Shown here one piece after another: positions 46,330 to 55,383 of a stretch of 64,000 nt of DNA. Origin of the DNA: a virus (taxonomy: Duplodnaviria; Caudoviricetes); the IMG/VR virus record IMGVR_UViG_3300011116_001007. One strand, given 5' to 3'. The translations under genes and the position numbers were made by a program. The notes beneath the pieces were generated by a model that saw only the letters and a list, made by a program, of their open reading frames with translations, was not told the origin of the DNA and made no database searches. How positions within the stretch are numbered: the stretch's first letter is position 1; each line of letters starts with the position of its first letter.

Positions 46330-47381
46330 TCTGCTGTCTCCTCGATGGTACTTACCTCTTCTTTATGATTTCCAAAGTCTTTCATTGCACGATCCAAACA
46401 GCCTTCCTCGTTGGCTTCCCACTTCTTGCGGAACTTCTTGATGATCTCACCATCGCTGGTCACAAACACCAGGCTGTTGCCTTCTTTCTTTAGCAGACTG
46501 CGTTTTTCCATGAGATCTACCATGCCGCTGTAAGGACTCATACCTGTTTCATAAGGAATCTTGACCTGTACACCTTCAAAGGGTTTTGAGTAACGTGTTT
46601 TCATAACCTTACAGGCAGCACGGATGCCCATGACGTCTGTGATCTTGTTGCCATCCTCGTCCTCTTTGAGTTTGAGTTTTTTCATGGCCACAACAATTGA
46701 ACTGGCGTAGATGAATCCTTGTCCACCAGAGATTTTATCATCTGGGTCAAACATATCTTGCGAAGCGTATGTGTGATTGGTACACACCAGGCCCACATTG
46801 TAACTGCCAAACATGTTGACACAATTACGTACAAGACTGGTAAGTGCTTTGGGCTTACGACCCAGATCACCTTTCATCTCGCCTGCATCAAACTGATTCA
46901 CGTCAGTGGGGGTAAGCAACATGCCCAGGCTGTCAATCACAAACATCACTTTGGGACGCTCACCATCGGGTAAGGCCTTGTAGTCGCTCATGAATGTGCT
47001 GATTGTTTTGGCCACATCGTCGATCATGGCCATGCTCAATTTGAGCAATTTGTCTTGGCCGGTATCCACACCCAGTGCCTTGAGCCAGTCTTCGTCTAGT
47101 GCATTTTCGCTGTCAATCAACACCACATAGATACCCTGTGCTTGGGCGTTCTTGATGATGTTACCTGAACAGATATAACTTTTGCCTGCGCCGGATTCAC
47201 CAGCAAACACAGTGACCTTGCCTAGAGGAATACCTCGATTGAAGTCACCAGATATTAAATAATTTAAGGCATAGTTGCCTGTACTGATCCAGTCTGTGGG
47301 ATCGTTGAAGCCGATTGAAAGACCTTCAATGCTTTTGGTTATTTCCTTGCGGAACTTGCTTACGTCAAATGGTTTTGCCAT
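46326..47381 (-). CDS. uvsX: RecA-like recombinase UvsX
   Basis: ISTG, GESGAGKS, IDSENAL, VIDSLG, CTNH and SGGQG...YASS. Confidence 0.95.
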   Translation of the reverse strand: MAKPFDVSKFRKEITKSIEGLSIGFNDPTDWISTGNYALNYLISGDFNRGIPLGKVTVFAGESGAGKSYICSGNIIKNAQAQGIYVVLIDSENALDEDWLKALGVDTGQDKLLKLSMAMIDDVAKTISTFMSDYKALPDGERPKVMFVIDSLGMLLTPTDVNQFDAGEMKGDLGRKPKALTSLVRNCVNMFGSYNVGLVCTNHTYASQDMFDPDDKISGGQGFIYASSIVVAMKKLKLKEDEDGNKITDVMGIRAACKVMKTRYSKPFEGVQVKIPYETGMSPYSGMVDLMEKRSLLKKEGNSLVFVTSDGEIIKKFRKKWEANEEGCLDRAMKDFGNHKEEVSTIEETAE

Positions 47382-47394
47382 GGTGTTTCCTTAG

Positions 47395-48357
47395 TTAATT
47401 TGTATGTAATTTTATATATGCTGTGTAATATGTTGACAATAATGTTTGATTAAAATCATCATATCCTAACCAACTATACAATTCTTTCATCTGTGTTAAA
47501 AATTTATCTTTATCAAAATATGTGTTATCAACATCTACATTAAAAATTGGTGCAGAAATTTTGTGCCACGGATAGAACAATTTTATCTCATTTATTATGT
47601 CATCACTTATTGTAACACATTTTGCAATTTTGTCAATATTATAATGGTTTTTTTCAAATATTTCCCAATCTGGCCAATCGTCGCCTTTGAGGAAATTGTA
47701 TTTCTCTCTGCACTCATTGCCACATATAGACGACATGGTTGGGACTGTTTTATTTGTGGTTTTTTTTAAAAATGCAATTGAAAGAAATTTTTCAAAATTA
47801 ATCAGTCGTACTATTTTAGAATTTGGCCAATAAGAAAGATAGTTCATCAACCCAGAAGAAGTACGATTCTCAGCAAAAAAATCCAAGTTTTTATCTATCA
47901 ATTTGCTTATTCTTTGCTGTACTTTATCACTGGCCTTATCAAATTTGCTTATTCTTTGCTGCACTCTATCACTAGCCTTATCAACATCAACAATGACCCG
48001 CTGAGTGTGTGCATTGTGTATTTTGTCAAATGCCACAAGTTGGCTGTCTATGAATACCCGTTGGGTATTCGTAGCTGCAATTGTATCTTTTCCTGTGCGG
48101 ATGCTGGCAAAACCATAAAATTCATCTGTGTCACATTCATATGATAACCATTCCGTCATTGCATCTTTTGCTGGCAATGTCTCTAACACTTTTTTTAATC
48201 TGTAGTCATAATCAGCCGGATGTTCTAATAGATAATTGCATGCAGCAACATCTAGCGGAACACAGTGCTTGCTTAACGCTAGGCAATTCATAATAAACTT
48301 GCCGCCAGAGTACCGAGGGTACCACACAATAATTAAATTATCAGCATTAAAATCCAT
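47395..48357 (-). CDS. hypothetical AT-rich protein (possible sulfotransferase-like N-terminus; WPD motif)
   Basis: YPRYSGGKF N-terminus; internal 14-aa duplication; KGDDWPDW motif. Confidence 0.65.
   Translation of the reverse strand: MDFNADNLIIVWYPRYSGGKFIMNCLALSKHCVPLDVAACNYLLEHPADYDYRLKKVLETLPAKDAMTEWLSYECDTDEFYGFASIRTGKDTIAATNTQRVFIDSQLVAFDKIHNAHTQRVIVDVDKASDRVQQRISKFDKASDKVQQRISKLIDKNLDFFAENRTSSGLMNYLSYWPNSKIVRLINFEKFLSIAFLKKTTNKTVPTMSSICGNECREKYNFLKGDDWPDWEIFEKNHYNIDKIAKCVTISDDIINEIKLFYPWHKISAPIFNVDVDNTYFDKDKFLTQMKELYSWLGYDDFNQTLLSTYYTAYIKLHTN
47900..47983. repeat. 42-bp tandem duplication (2 copies, 3 mismatches)
   Basis: Encodes DKASD(R/K)VQQRISK twice. Confidence 0.9.
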
Positions 48358-48361
48358 TGTC

Positions 48362-49249
48362 TCATTTCATTGTCAATGTAGGATTATAACCAAACACTTC
48401 TATACATTCTTTTTTGATGTGGTCTGGCAAATTTACAAAATCTTTTTCATATTCGCAGTCTGGCCAACTTGGATCTCGGACTTGTTCATAAAATGTTATC
48501 CACTTGGTCAATGGTCCGGTGCTTGAAAGTTTTGTAACTCTAGCCTTCCGAGATATAAAATTTTTTGAGCTTTTAGGCAAAATATTGTTTATCAAATTTT
48601 TGTGATTTTTATAAAAATAATTTCCGTACAATTCGTATTCTGACAAACGATAGTTGGGATTCCTATCAGGACTCACATCTGCATCAATTAGTAAACTGCT
48701 AGACATTATGTCAATCCAGGATTTTTTATGTTTATTTTCTATTTCATCTCTGAGGTTTTTTAAAATCTCAGTAGAAAAAATCATGACTTCGGATACAAAC
48801 GACTCATCTTCATTATATTCAAAATTTAAATCCAATAGAAATTTATTAAAATTGTTGTAGAAAAATTTTGCTTCGGGCAAGATGACTGTTGTATAGACAT
48901 CAACAGTGTTCTGATGTATAAATTTTGTAGGGCCTGTGAATAACACATCTCCGTCAACTATTAATGCATTTCCATCAATATACTTGTCGACATGTAGTTT
49001 AAAAAACTGTTGTTTGTACCAATTGTGATTGTATAAATTCCTATATTGAAATTTAGGATCTAGTAGGTTCCAAAAATCACGATCTTTGATAGTGGTGCAA
49101 CCGTCTTTTTTTATTGTTGTATTTGTTACAATGTTTATTGAAAGTATTGTATCAATCACATGAGTTCTAATAGAATCCAAACACTCGTCAAGATATGGTG
49201 CATATTCAGCACAGGAAAATAAAAAAATGTGAATTCCGTCGCCGCCCAT
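48362..49249 (-). CDS. glycosyltransferase-like protein (GT-A) with C-terminal WPD module
   Basis: WYKQQFFKL, VDGDV (DxD) and SEYELYGNY; C-terminal RDPSWPDC. Confidence 0.65.
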   Translation of the reverse strand: MGGDGIHIFLFSCAEYAPYLDECLDSIRTHVIDTILSINIVTNTTIKKDGCTTIKDRDFWNLLDPKFQYRNLYNHNWYKQQFFKLHVDKYIDGNALIVDGDVLFTGPTKFIHQNTVDVYTTVILPEAKFFYNNFNKFLLDLNFEYNEDESFVSEVMIFSTEILKNLRDEIENKHKKSWIDIMSSSLLIDADVSPDRNPNYRLSEYELYGNYFYKNHKNLINNILPKSSKNFISRKARVTKLSSTGPLTKWITFYEQVRDPSWPDCEYEKDFVNLPDHIKKECIEVFGYNPTLTMK

Positions 49250-49264
49250 AATAATTTAGAGTTT

Positions 49265-49291
49265 ACAATGGGGAGAAATTCTCCCCATTGC
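49265..49291 (-). terminator. probable hairpin terminator after gene 32
   Basis: CAATGGG...CCCATTG inverted repeat directly after the SSB stop; weak U-tract. Confidence 0.5.
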
Positions 49292-49295
49292 GTTA

Positions 49296-50285
49296 TTACT
49301 TGTTCTGGCGACTACGGATCATGGCCAAGATGTCCTGTGTTTTGCTGTCACCAGCAGGTTTGGCCACCGGAGCAGATGCCTCTGCTGGTTCGTCATCAAA
49401 GTTGTCTGCTGGTGCTGCTTTGCTTGGTGCTGCCACCCGCAATGCAGGCTTGGCAACGTCTTCGTCTGCGTCTGCAGGTGCTGCTGCACCGCCAGGAGCA
49501 TTCACACCAGCAGGGCGGAAGTATTGGCCCCAACGCTCTGTGTCGTAAGGCTGTCCATCTACTGATGCTTCAAACATTTCTTTCATGACCTTGAGTTCCA
49601 CATCTGTGGGTTTCTTGGGCAAGAATGAGCTCAAGTCAAACAAGCCATGTGCTTCCACTGCTGCTTGTTCTGCGTCAGTCAGTGCTGACTCTTTTCTAGC
49701 CCACTTGCTGCTGTTGTAGTCAGCAAAGCCACCTTTTTGTGTTTTGCTGATACGGAAGTCCAGACCGCGCATCATGTCAGTTGGCAATTCTTCCAACTCA
49801 GGATCCATCAACGCACCCTTGATCAAGGTGAACAGTTGAGGTCCAATGATGAAACGTCGGATGGGATTGTCCGGTGTCTTGTCGTCTGCAATGGGATTCT
49901 CACGAACAAATCCTTGAAAGATGTAACTGCGTTTCTTCCAGTACTTACGACCCATGTCCTCAAGGCTCTTGTCCTTGAACCAGGTACGCACTTCTGCCAA
50001 GATTGGACAAGTTTCGCCCCACATCTCAACACAAGGTACTTGTACCATGACTTGTTTTGAGTCCATCTCTCCTTTGATGCCATTGAATGGCAGTCGGATC
50101 ATGGCTCGTTCTGCCCAGAAGAATGTGTTTTTTGTGTTGCCGTCGGGCAAAAAGCGCAAAGTGGCTGATTGACCTTCTTCCATGTTCCAATGCGGGTAAA
50201 TGGATTTGTCACCGCCTCCGGTGGATTGCCCACCTTTGTTTTCTGCTGCCTGTAGTCGTGCTCGAATTTCTGCTAAAGATGCCAT
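49296..50285 (-). CDS. single-stranded DNA-binding protein (T4 gp32-like)
   Basis: LRFLPD, CPIL, YWKKRSY, NPIRRFII, GLDFRI and YNSSKW; acidic/flexible tail. Confidence 0.9.
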   Translation of the reverse strand: MASLAEIRARLQAAENKGGQSTGGGDKSIYPHWNMEEGQSATLRFLPDGNTKNTFFWAERAMIRLPFNGIKGEMDSKQVMVQVPCVEMWGETCPILAEVRTWFKDKSLEDMGRKYWKKRSYIFQGFVRENPIADDKTPDNPIRRFIIGPQLFTLIKGALMDPELEELPTDMMRGLDFRISKTQKGGFADYNSSKWARKESALTDAEQAAVEAHGLFDLSSFLPKKPTDVELKVMKEMFEASVDGQPYDTERWGQYFRPAGVNAPGGAAAPADADEDVAKPALRVAAPSKAAPADNFDDEPAEASAPVAKPAGDSKTQDILAMIRSRQNK

Positions 50286-50303
50286 AGTTTTTTCTCCTAT
50301 AAA

Positions 50304-50353
50304 GTTGCCTATGTATGTTGCCTATCTAATGTTAGTTAGATCTAATGTTGCCT
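50304..50353 (-). repeat. AGGCAAC x3 and AACATTAGA x2 in the SSB leader
   Basis: Plus-strand GTTGCCT at 50304, 50317 and 50347; TCTAATGTT at 50325 and 50341. Confidence 0.85.
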
Positions 50354-50386
50354 GTGCCACAAAAGAAAAAGCGCAAACACTGTAGT

Positions 50387-50415
50387 AGTATATGCGCTTT
50401 CTGTCTACGTGTCAA
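50387..50415 (-). promoter_or_regulatory. sigma70-type promoter of SSB
   Basis: TTGACA-17 nt-TATACT; a TAAATA motif lies just upstream at about 50419. Confidence 0.85.
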
Positions 50416-50426
50416 TGTTATTTATG

Positions 50427-53400
50427 TCATTTGATTAAAGCTAATGATTTTATTCTTGCCAAAAGCGCATCACCTTCACGTGATTCGCGAGTGACATCAA
50501 CATTTGTAACAGTGTTGTTGGGCAGCCGTGGTGCTTTATCTAGCGAGCTAAGTGGTGGTTCTTGGTCAAAAACCGGGGGCCCAAGATCGTCTCTGTTGCT
50601 GTAGGAAACTGGGTACGAGTCGTCAGAGCCTGGTATATCTGTATCTGGGTCTATACGGTTAGGCTGAACAACAGGTTGGTCTGAGTGAGGCAAGAAGTAT
50701 CTTGATCTTGAATTGCCTTTGTTAGGTGTATTATTTGGATCAGATCCATCTGTTGGCAGTGGTGGATATCCATCACTGCCCCACCATTTTTTGCCGGGCA
50801 GTTGGCGACTTTGAAAATATGGGCTGGTGAAACCTTTTGCTCTGTTTTGAGCTGGAGCATCAGCTTCGCTTACTTTGGTCTGATTCATGAGGTCAGACCA
50901 GGCATCATCATCTGTATCCGGAACTGATTTCATCATGTCGTCCCAGGAATTTTTATCCAATTCTCCCGGCGGCAATCCCAAATCTACAGGTGGTTTTTCA
51001 ACGCCGTTGGGATTTAGAGAATTTATATAGTTGGCATCATTCATCTTGCGATCATTTGGCTCTTCGTCACGCTGCATAGCAAAAGCATCCGGATTGTTAG
51101 GATTGATCAGCATGTGAGCCAAGGCAGGATCAACATTTGGATTTTTCAACTTTCCAAGACGTGCTGTTTCTGCACTGCTTTGATCTGCATCATCATAATT
51201 GTAGTAGTTGGATCCGCCTTGACCTGAATGTGCTTGGCCTTTGGGCTCTTCGTCTTGGTAGTCGTAACCTTGCTGACCCAAATGTGCTTGGCCTTTAGGC
51301 TCTTCATCCTGGTAGTCCGAACCGCCCTGGCCAGCATGTGCGGCGCCAGGAGTTTTAAACGATGGTGCCACATCTGCAGCCGACGACTTGTCCTGCCCAG
51401 TCATTCTGGCCAGTAGATCATTGGTGGATTTTTGCAACGAAGAACGGTTACCTGCTTTGTACATACCAGCCAGTTTCATCAGTCGTTGAATTTGTGGCAT
51501 ATCAAGGCTTGGTGGGGTGGGAGGCGTTGGCGCAGTTGGTGGGGTGGGAGGCGTTGGCGCAGTTATTCCCATGCCTGCTGCCATCCCGGGCATTGTGGGC
51601 ATTGTGGGCATTGTGGGCATTGTGGGCATTGTGGGCATTCTCATACCAGACATCTGCGGCATTGACCGTGTCTTTGTTTCTTCGGCCAGTTGGATGCCTG
51701 TAGACAAAATGTCTTCGTACATGCCTTGCGACCAGCATTCAGACAAGCCGTGCTCTGGACAGTATTCACCTTCCATGGTGTAGTTGCATTCGGTCAGTGG
51801 CGCTGGTCTGCCATTGAGTCCGCGAGTGCCCACTTGACTCATCACTTGGCCCACAGTTTGACCGTCAGACTGATGTGGCGTATCGACTGGTGCATTGCTC
51901 AAGATGTCTTCAGCAAAGCGATCGCTGATCCATTCATACGGATCGCCTGAGCGAGCTTTTTTAACCCCGTATGGCATGTCATCAAAATAGTAGTCATACA
52001 GTGCATCATACAGGTCTGAACTCATTTCTCCAGTTTGTGCAAAGTCTCTAACGTCACGTTGATATGTGGTCATGATATGTGCCAGTGTGCTGCCAGCATC
52101 ATTGAGCACATTTTCTTTCAGTGGCATGCCTGCCAGGCCACGCATACGTTGCAGGCTTTCAAAGGCAGCAATGTTGTCAGCTTCTGACATACCTCGTTGA
52201 CTTTTTGATTGTTCCCATTGGTCATATACTGTTTCATAGGCACTATATAATGTATCAATTTCGGGTATGCTAAGATCATACTTGTCAGGGAAATCACCTA
52301 TTGCTGACATTGCTTGGTCAACAGAATCATTGAATTTATTGTTTCTAAGTCCGTATTTTGCTATATTGAACCAGGCTGTTTTGATAGGATCACCATAGTG
52401 CCCAACCTTTGCCCAGTTTCCTACTTCTCGTAGACCCAAATCAATTGGTGGATTTTCACCAGCCATTTTTTCATTGTATGCGGCTAATCTTGCGACTTGT
52501 TCTTCATGCGAATCTTCCGCCACGCCTTGCTGCGGTTGAGCATCCATATCTGCTGCAGAACGATCAGGCATCTGTATGCCCAGTTCTTGCATTCTGGCTT
52601 GTATGTCAGTATCGTCCCACACATTGGCACGTGGGTCTTGTGCAGCCAATTCACCGATGCGATCAAACAACACATCGTCGCCGATCAAGTCATACAGTTG
52701 TTCTGTGGCATTGGTACCATCGGGTCCCGCAATCAATTCACCACTCATGAGCTCTTTGAGTCGGGTCATTTGTTCAGGAGTTTCTGGCAGGCTCCAGGTG
52801 CCTTCGGTAACGTTGTTTACCCAGTTTTCAAAAATTTCAGCTTCTTTCATTTCGCGTCCTTGTTGTATTTTTGCCAACAGTGGAAGAGCTTGCTCAATCC
52901 TGTCGTCAATGGTCTGTTCTATGAACAGTGTTTTGATATCTTCTACCAATTGGTCTTGTTCTGTGATGCTGGCCGGATGCCATGATTCAAAATAAGCCGT
53001 GTAGCCACGTGGGCTGCTCAATCGCTTGATGTTTTCTCTCAAGGACTTGTAATAAGTTTGAGCACCTTGTACCACGCTTTGTTTGACACCTTCTACCACA
53101 CGCCCCTGGCTGGCACGATTAAAACGTGCAAGAACCTTGAGCTCATTTATCATTTCACAAATGTGATTGCCGCGCACATCATACGGCTTGCCACCTTGAC
53201 GCACATGTTCCAGCATGGCTCTGCCTCCAGCTAGATTTGTAAATGGCAATCGATGTCGCTCACCGTCTGCTGTTTCTACAAAAATACTTTCCACATAACG
53301 GAAACGTGCGTCATTTTCGCCCAGATTGCGATTGTGTCGGATCATCAATCTTGCTTGGGTGGGCTCGCCGGCATAGCTGATTCTGCGTGTGCCATAGTAG

Positions 53401-53783
53401 CCTTCAAACAGGCCTTCTTTGATGGCGGCCAAGCCTTGCATGGTATACTTGAGCTTGCTTATGTCATCGCCGGTGTAAGTCCAGCGATGGCTGTTGGCAA
53501 ATTGACTCAGTTGCTGTTGAAATTCATACCATTCGTCTTTGTCCGCATCTTCCATGCCGCGACCTAAATTGTTGCCAAACATGGCTTTTAGATCATTTCC
53601 TGAGTCCAGTATGATCACCATGGTTCCGTAGTCTTTGCCGCTGCCGCTGACATAGTCAAATGTGAACACTTTGGCATCACTGCTGTCGCATACTTTTCCC
53701 TGCGAATCGCGCATGTCCGGGTGAAAATCTCGTGTGACCAGTAGGTCATTCAGTTGCTGAGCGATGTTGTTTTCTTGTGCCAT
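50427..53783 (-). CDS. large modular putative head/ejection protein
   Basis: 1118 aa downstream of terminase; late promoter 7 nt upstream; many (L/M/V/I)-x-E sites; low-complexity C-terminal third. Confidence 0.7.
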   Translation of the reverse strand: MAQENNIAQQLNDLLVTRDFHPDMRDSQGKVCDSSDAKVFTFDYVSGSGKDYGTMVIILDSGNDLKAMFGNNLGRGMEDADKDEWYEFQQQLSQFANSHRWTYTGDDISKLKYTMQGLAAIKEGLFEGYYGTRRISYAGEPTQARLMIRHNRNLGENDARFRYVESIFVETADGERHRLPFTNLAGGRAMLEHVRQGGKPYDVRGNHICEMINELKVLARFNRASQGRVVEGVKQSVVQGAQTYYKSLRENIKRLSSPRGYTAYFESWHPASITEQDQLVEDIKTLFIEQTIDDRIEQALPLLAKIQQGREMKEAEIFENWVNNVTEGTWSLPETPEQMTRLKELMSGELIAGPDGTNATEQLYDLIGDDVLFDRIGELAAQDPRANVWDDTDIQARMQELGIQMPDRSAADMDAQPQQGVAEDSHEEQVARLAAYNEKMAGENPPIDLGLREVGNWAKVGHYGDPIKTAWFNIAKYGLRNNKFNDSVDQAMSAIGDFPDKYDLSIPEIDTLYSAYETVYDQWEQSKSQRGMSEADNIAAFESLQRMRGLAGMPLKENVLNDAGSTLAHIMTTYQRDVRDFAQTGEMSSDLYDALYDYYFDDMPYGVKKARSGDPYEWISDRFAEDILSNAPVDTPHQSDGQTVGQVMSQVGTRGLNGRPAPLTECNYTMEGEYCPEHGLSECWSQGMYEDILSTGIQLAEETKTRSMPQMSGMRMPTMPTMPTMPTMPTMPGMAAGMGITAPTPPTPPTAPTPPTPPSLDMPQIQRLMKLAGMYKAGNRSSLQKSTNDLLARMTGQDKSSAADVAPSFKTPGAAHAGQGGSDYQDEEPKGQAHLGQQGYDYQDEEPKGQAHSGQGGSNYYNYDDADQSSAETARLGKLKNPNVDPALAHMLINPNNPDAFAMQRDEEPNDRKMNDANYINSLNPNGVEKPPVDLGLPPGELDKNSWDDMMKSVPDTDDDAWSDLMNQTKVSEADAPAQNRAKGFTSPYFQSRQLPGKKWWGSDGYPPLPTDGSDPNNTPNKGNSRSRYFLPHSDQPVVQPNRIDPDTDIPGSDDSYPVSYSNRDDLGPPVFDQEPPLSSLDKAPRLPNNTVTNVDVTRESREGDALLARIKSLALIK
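51210..51639. repeat. coding tandem repeats: 54-bp x2+, 27-bp x2, 9-bp x5
   Basis: GQxGxDYQDEEPKGQAH units (period 54 nt, e.g. 51228 and 51282); a perfect 27-mer at 51509 and 51536; GGGCATTGT x5 at 51588-51632 (MPT repeats). Confidence 0.9.
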
Positions 53784-53799
53784 GATTGTTTATTTAGTT

Positions 53800-55383
53800 T
53801 CAACGCATGATTGATATAAATGGCATGGGCTCAATTATGGTGTCACCGTGATCTTTGAGATGTGTGTCTAACTCCACGTGATATGTCTGTAACATCACCA
53901 ACATACGCACAGCCAACAACGTGGCCATGACCAAATCATCAGTTTCTCCGGGCTTGGCAGCAAAACTGGTGCCATGCGCCACAAATGTTTTGAGTTCAGT
54001 GATCAGTGGTGAACTGTGGATTTTCATGCGCCCAGACTCAATCAAGATTTTGGCCTTGTTGCAGGCCATGATTTTGCTTTTGTTTGTGGTGGTAAAACCC
54101 TTGCGAATTCTACGCCCAGCTGTGCCTTGCACTGAGTTGTCGCTGAGGAAATAGCCTGGAATATTTTCTTCGCCGTATTCTGCAATGGATATCAACGCTG
54201 CTTCGCCCAGGGTGTTGTTTTCCACACTGTAGTAGATCTTACTGGAATCTTGTACTACAGCATTGATTTCTTTGATGATGTCCACTAGTATTTTGACCTG
54301 AGTGGGCACATCTGTACGATCATGCCGCCATTCAGCCACTTGTATTGTGGTGTCTGCTTCAAATACCTGTATGGCACTGGGGTCGCCGCCGGTACCTAGA
54401 CTGGGATCTAGTGCCACAATGTACATCTTGTCCTTGCTGGGTTCTTTGTACCAGCGTACTTGCCCAGTTTTACGCAAGGGCTCACGTCCTTCAAGATCAA
54501 TCAATTTGGTAGGAGCAATCAGTGTTTCATCATTGATAATGAACTCACAACCCATTTCACGGCGGAAACGATCTTCGCCTAAGGCTGCTCGTTGTTGATC
54601 TGCCCAGGCTTCGTCACGATCTGGATGCTCATTCCAATAACTGCGAAATGCTCTGAATCCGTTGGTGCCCAGCACAGTTTGATTGCCATATTCATCCACT
54701 GTTTTGTTGGCACCTTTCCACAAGAATGCAAACTGATCTTCGTCACTGTTGGGGGTTGATGTAATAATTGCTTTACCGCCTGTGGCCAGTGTGGGCGATA
54801 TACTGGTCCAGAATTCTTTGGCAATGGTTGGGCGAACAAACGCAAACTCGTCACAGTACAGCAGTGAAATACTCATACCACGACCGGTATTTTCAGTAGT
54901 TGTGGCTGAAACAATACGGCTGCCGTTGTCAAACTCCAAACTGCCTTTGTTGTAACTGGTAGCACCGGCACGTATGTGATTGGGGCACAGTTCGTAGGCA
55001 TAGCGTATGCGTTGCATGATCTCTTGAGCGCCTGTGTACTTGTGTGCTGCAATCAACACTGTGGAATCAGGCACAAACATAGCATACCATAGTAGGTAGC
55101 CAGCAGCACTGGTTGATTTGCCTGTTTGTCGAGGCATCATGGAGATTGAATATCTGTAGTTGTGATACGTTTCGATCAGTCGGGTTTGATATTCAAAAGG
55201 AGAATATCGCATTTTGCCGCGTATGGGATGTTGTATGTAGAAAAAATGATCCATAAAGTACAGCGGTCCTGTAACAGGATCAGCACACAACACAAATTCT
55301 GTGATTTCTTCGTCTGAGTAAGTCTCGCGCCGATGAGGCGCCTTGACCAATGCTGTTTCTGAACTATTTTTTAGACCAATCAT
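53800..55383 (-). CDS. terminase large subunit (T4 gp17-like)
   Basis: YQ adenine motif, PRQTGKST, LYCDEFAF, ITSTPN, ALDPSLGTGGD, VENN and DDLVMA. Confidence 0.95.
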   Translation of the reverse strand: MIGLKNSSETALVKAPHRRETYSDEEITEFVLCADPVTGPLYFMDHFFYIQHPIRGKMRYSPFEYQTRLIETYHNYRYSISMMPRQTGKSTSAAGYLLWYAMFVPDSTVLIAAHKYTGAQEIMQRIRYAYELCPNHIRAGATSYNKGSLEFDNGSRIVSATTTENTGRGMSISLLYCDEFAFVRPTIAKEFWTSISPTLATGGKAIITSTPNSDEDQFAFLWKGANKTVDEYGNQTVLGTNGFRAFRSYWNEHPDRDEAWADQQRAALGEDRFRREMGCEFIINDETLIAPTKLIDLEGREPLRKTGQVRWYKEPSKDKMYIVALDPSLGTGGDPSAIQVFEADTTIQVAEWRHDRTDVPTQVKILVDIIKEINAVVQDSSKIYYSVENNTLGEAALISIAEYGEENIPGYFLSDNSVQGTAGRRIRKGFTTTNKSKIMACNKAKILIESGRMKIHSSPLITELKTFVAHGTSFAAKPGETDDLVMATLLAVRMLVMLQTYHVELDTHLKDHGDTIIEPMPFISIMR

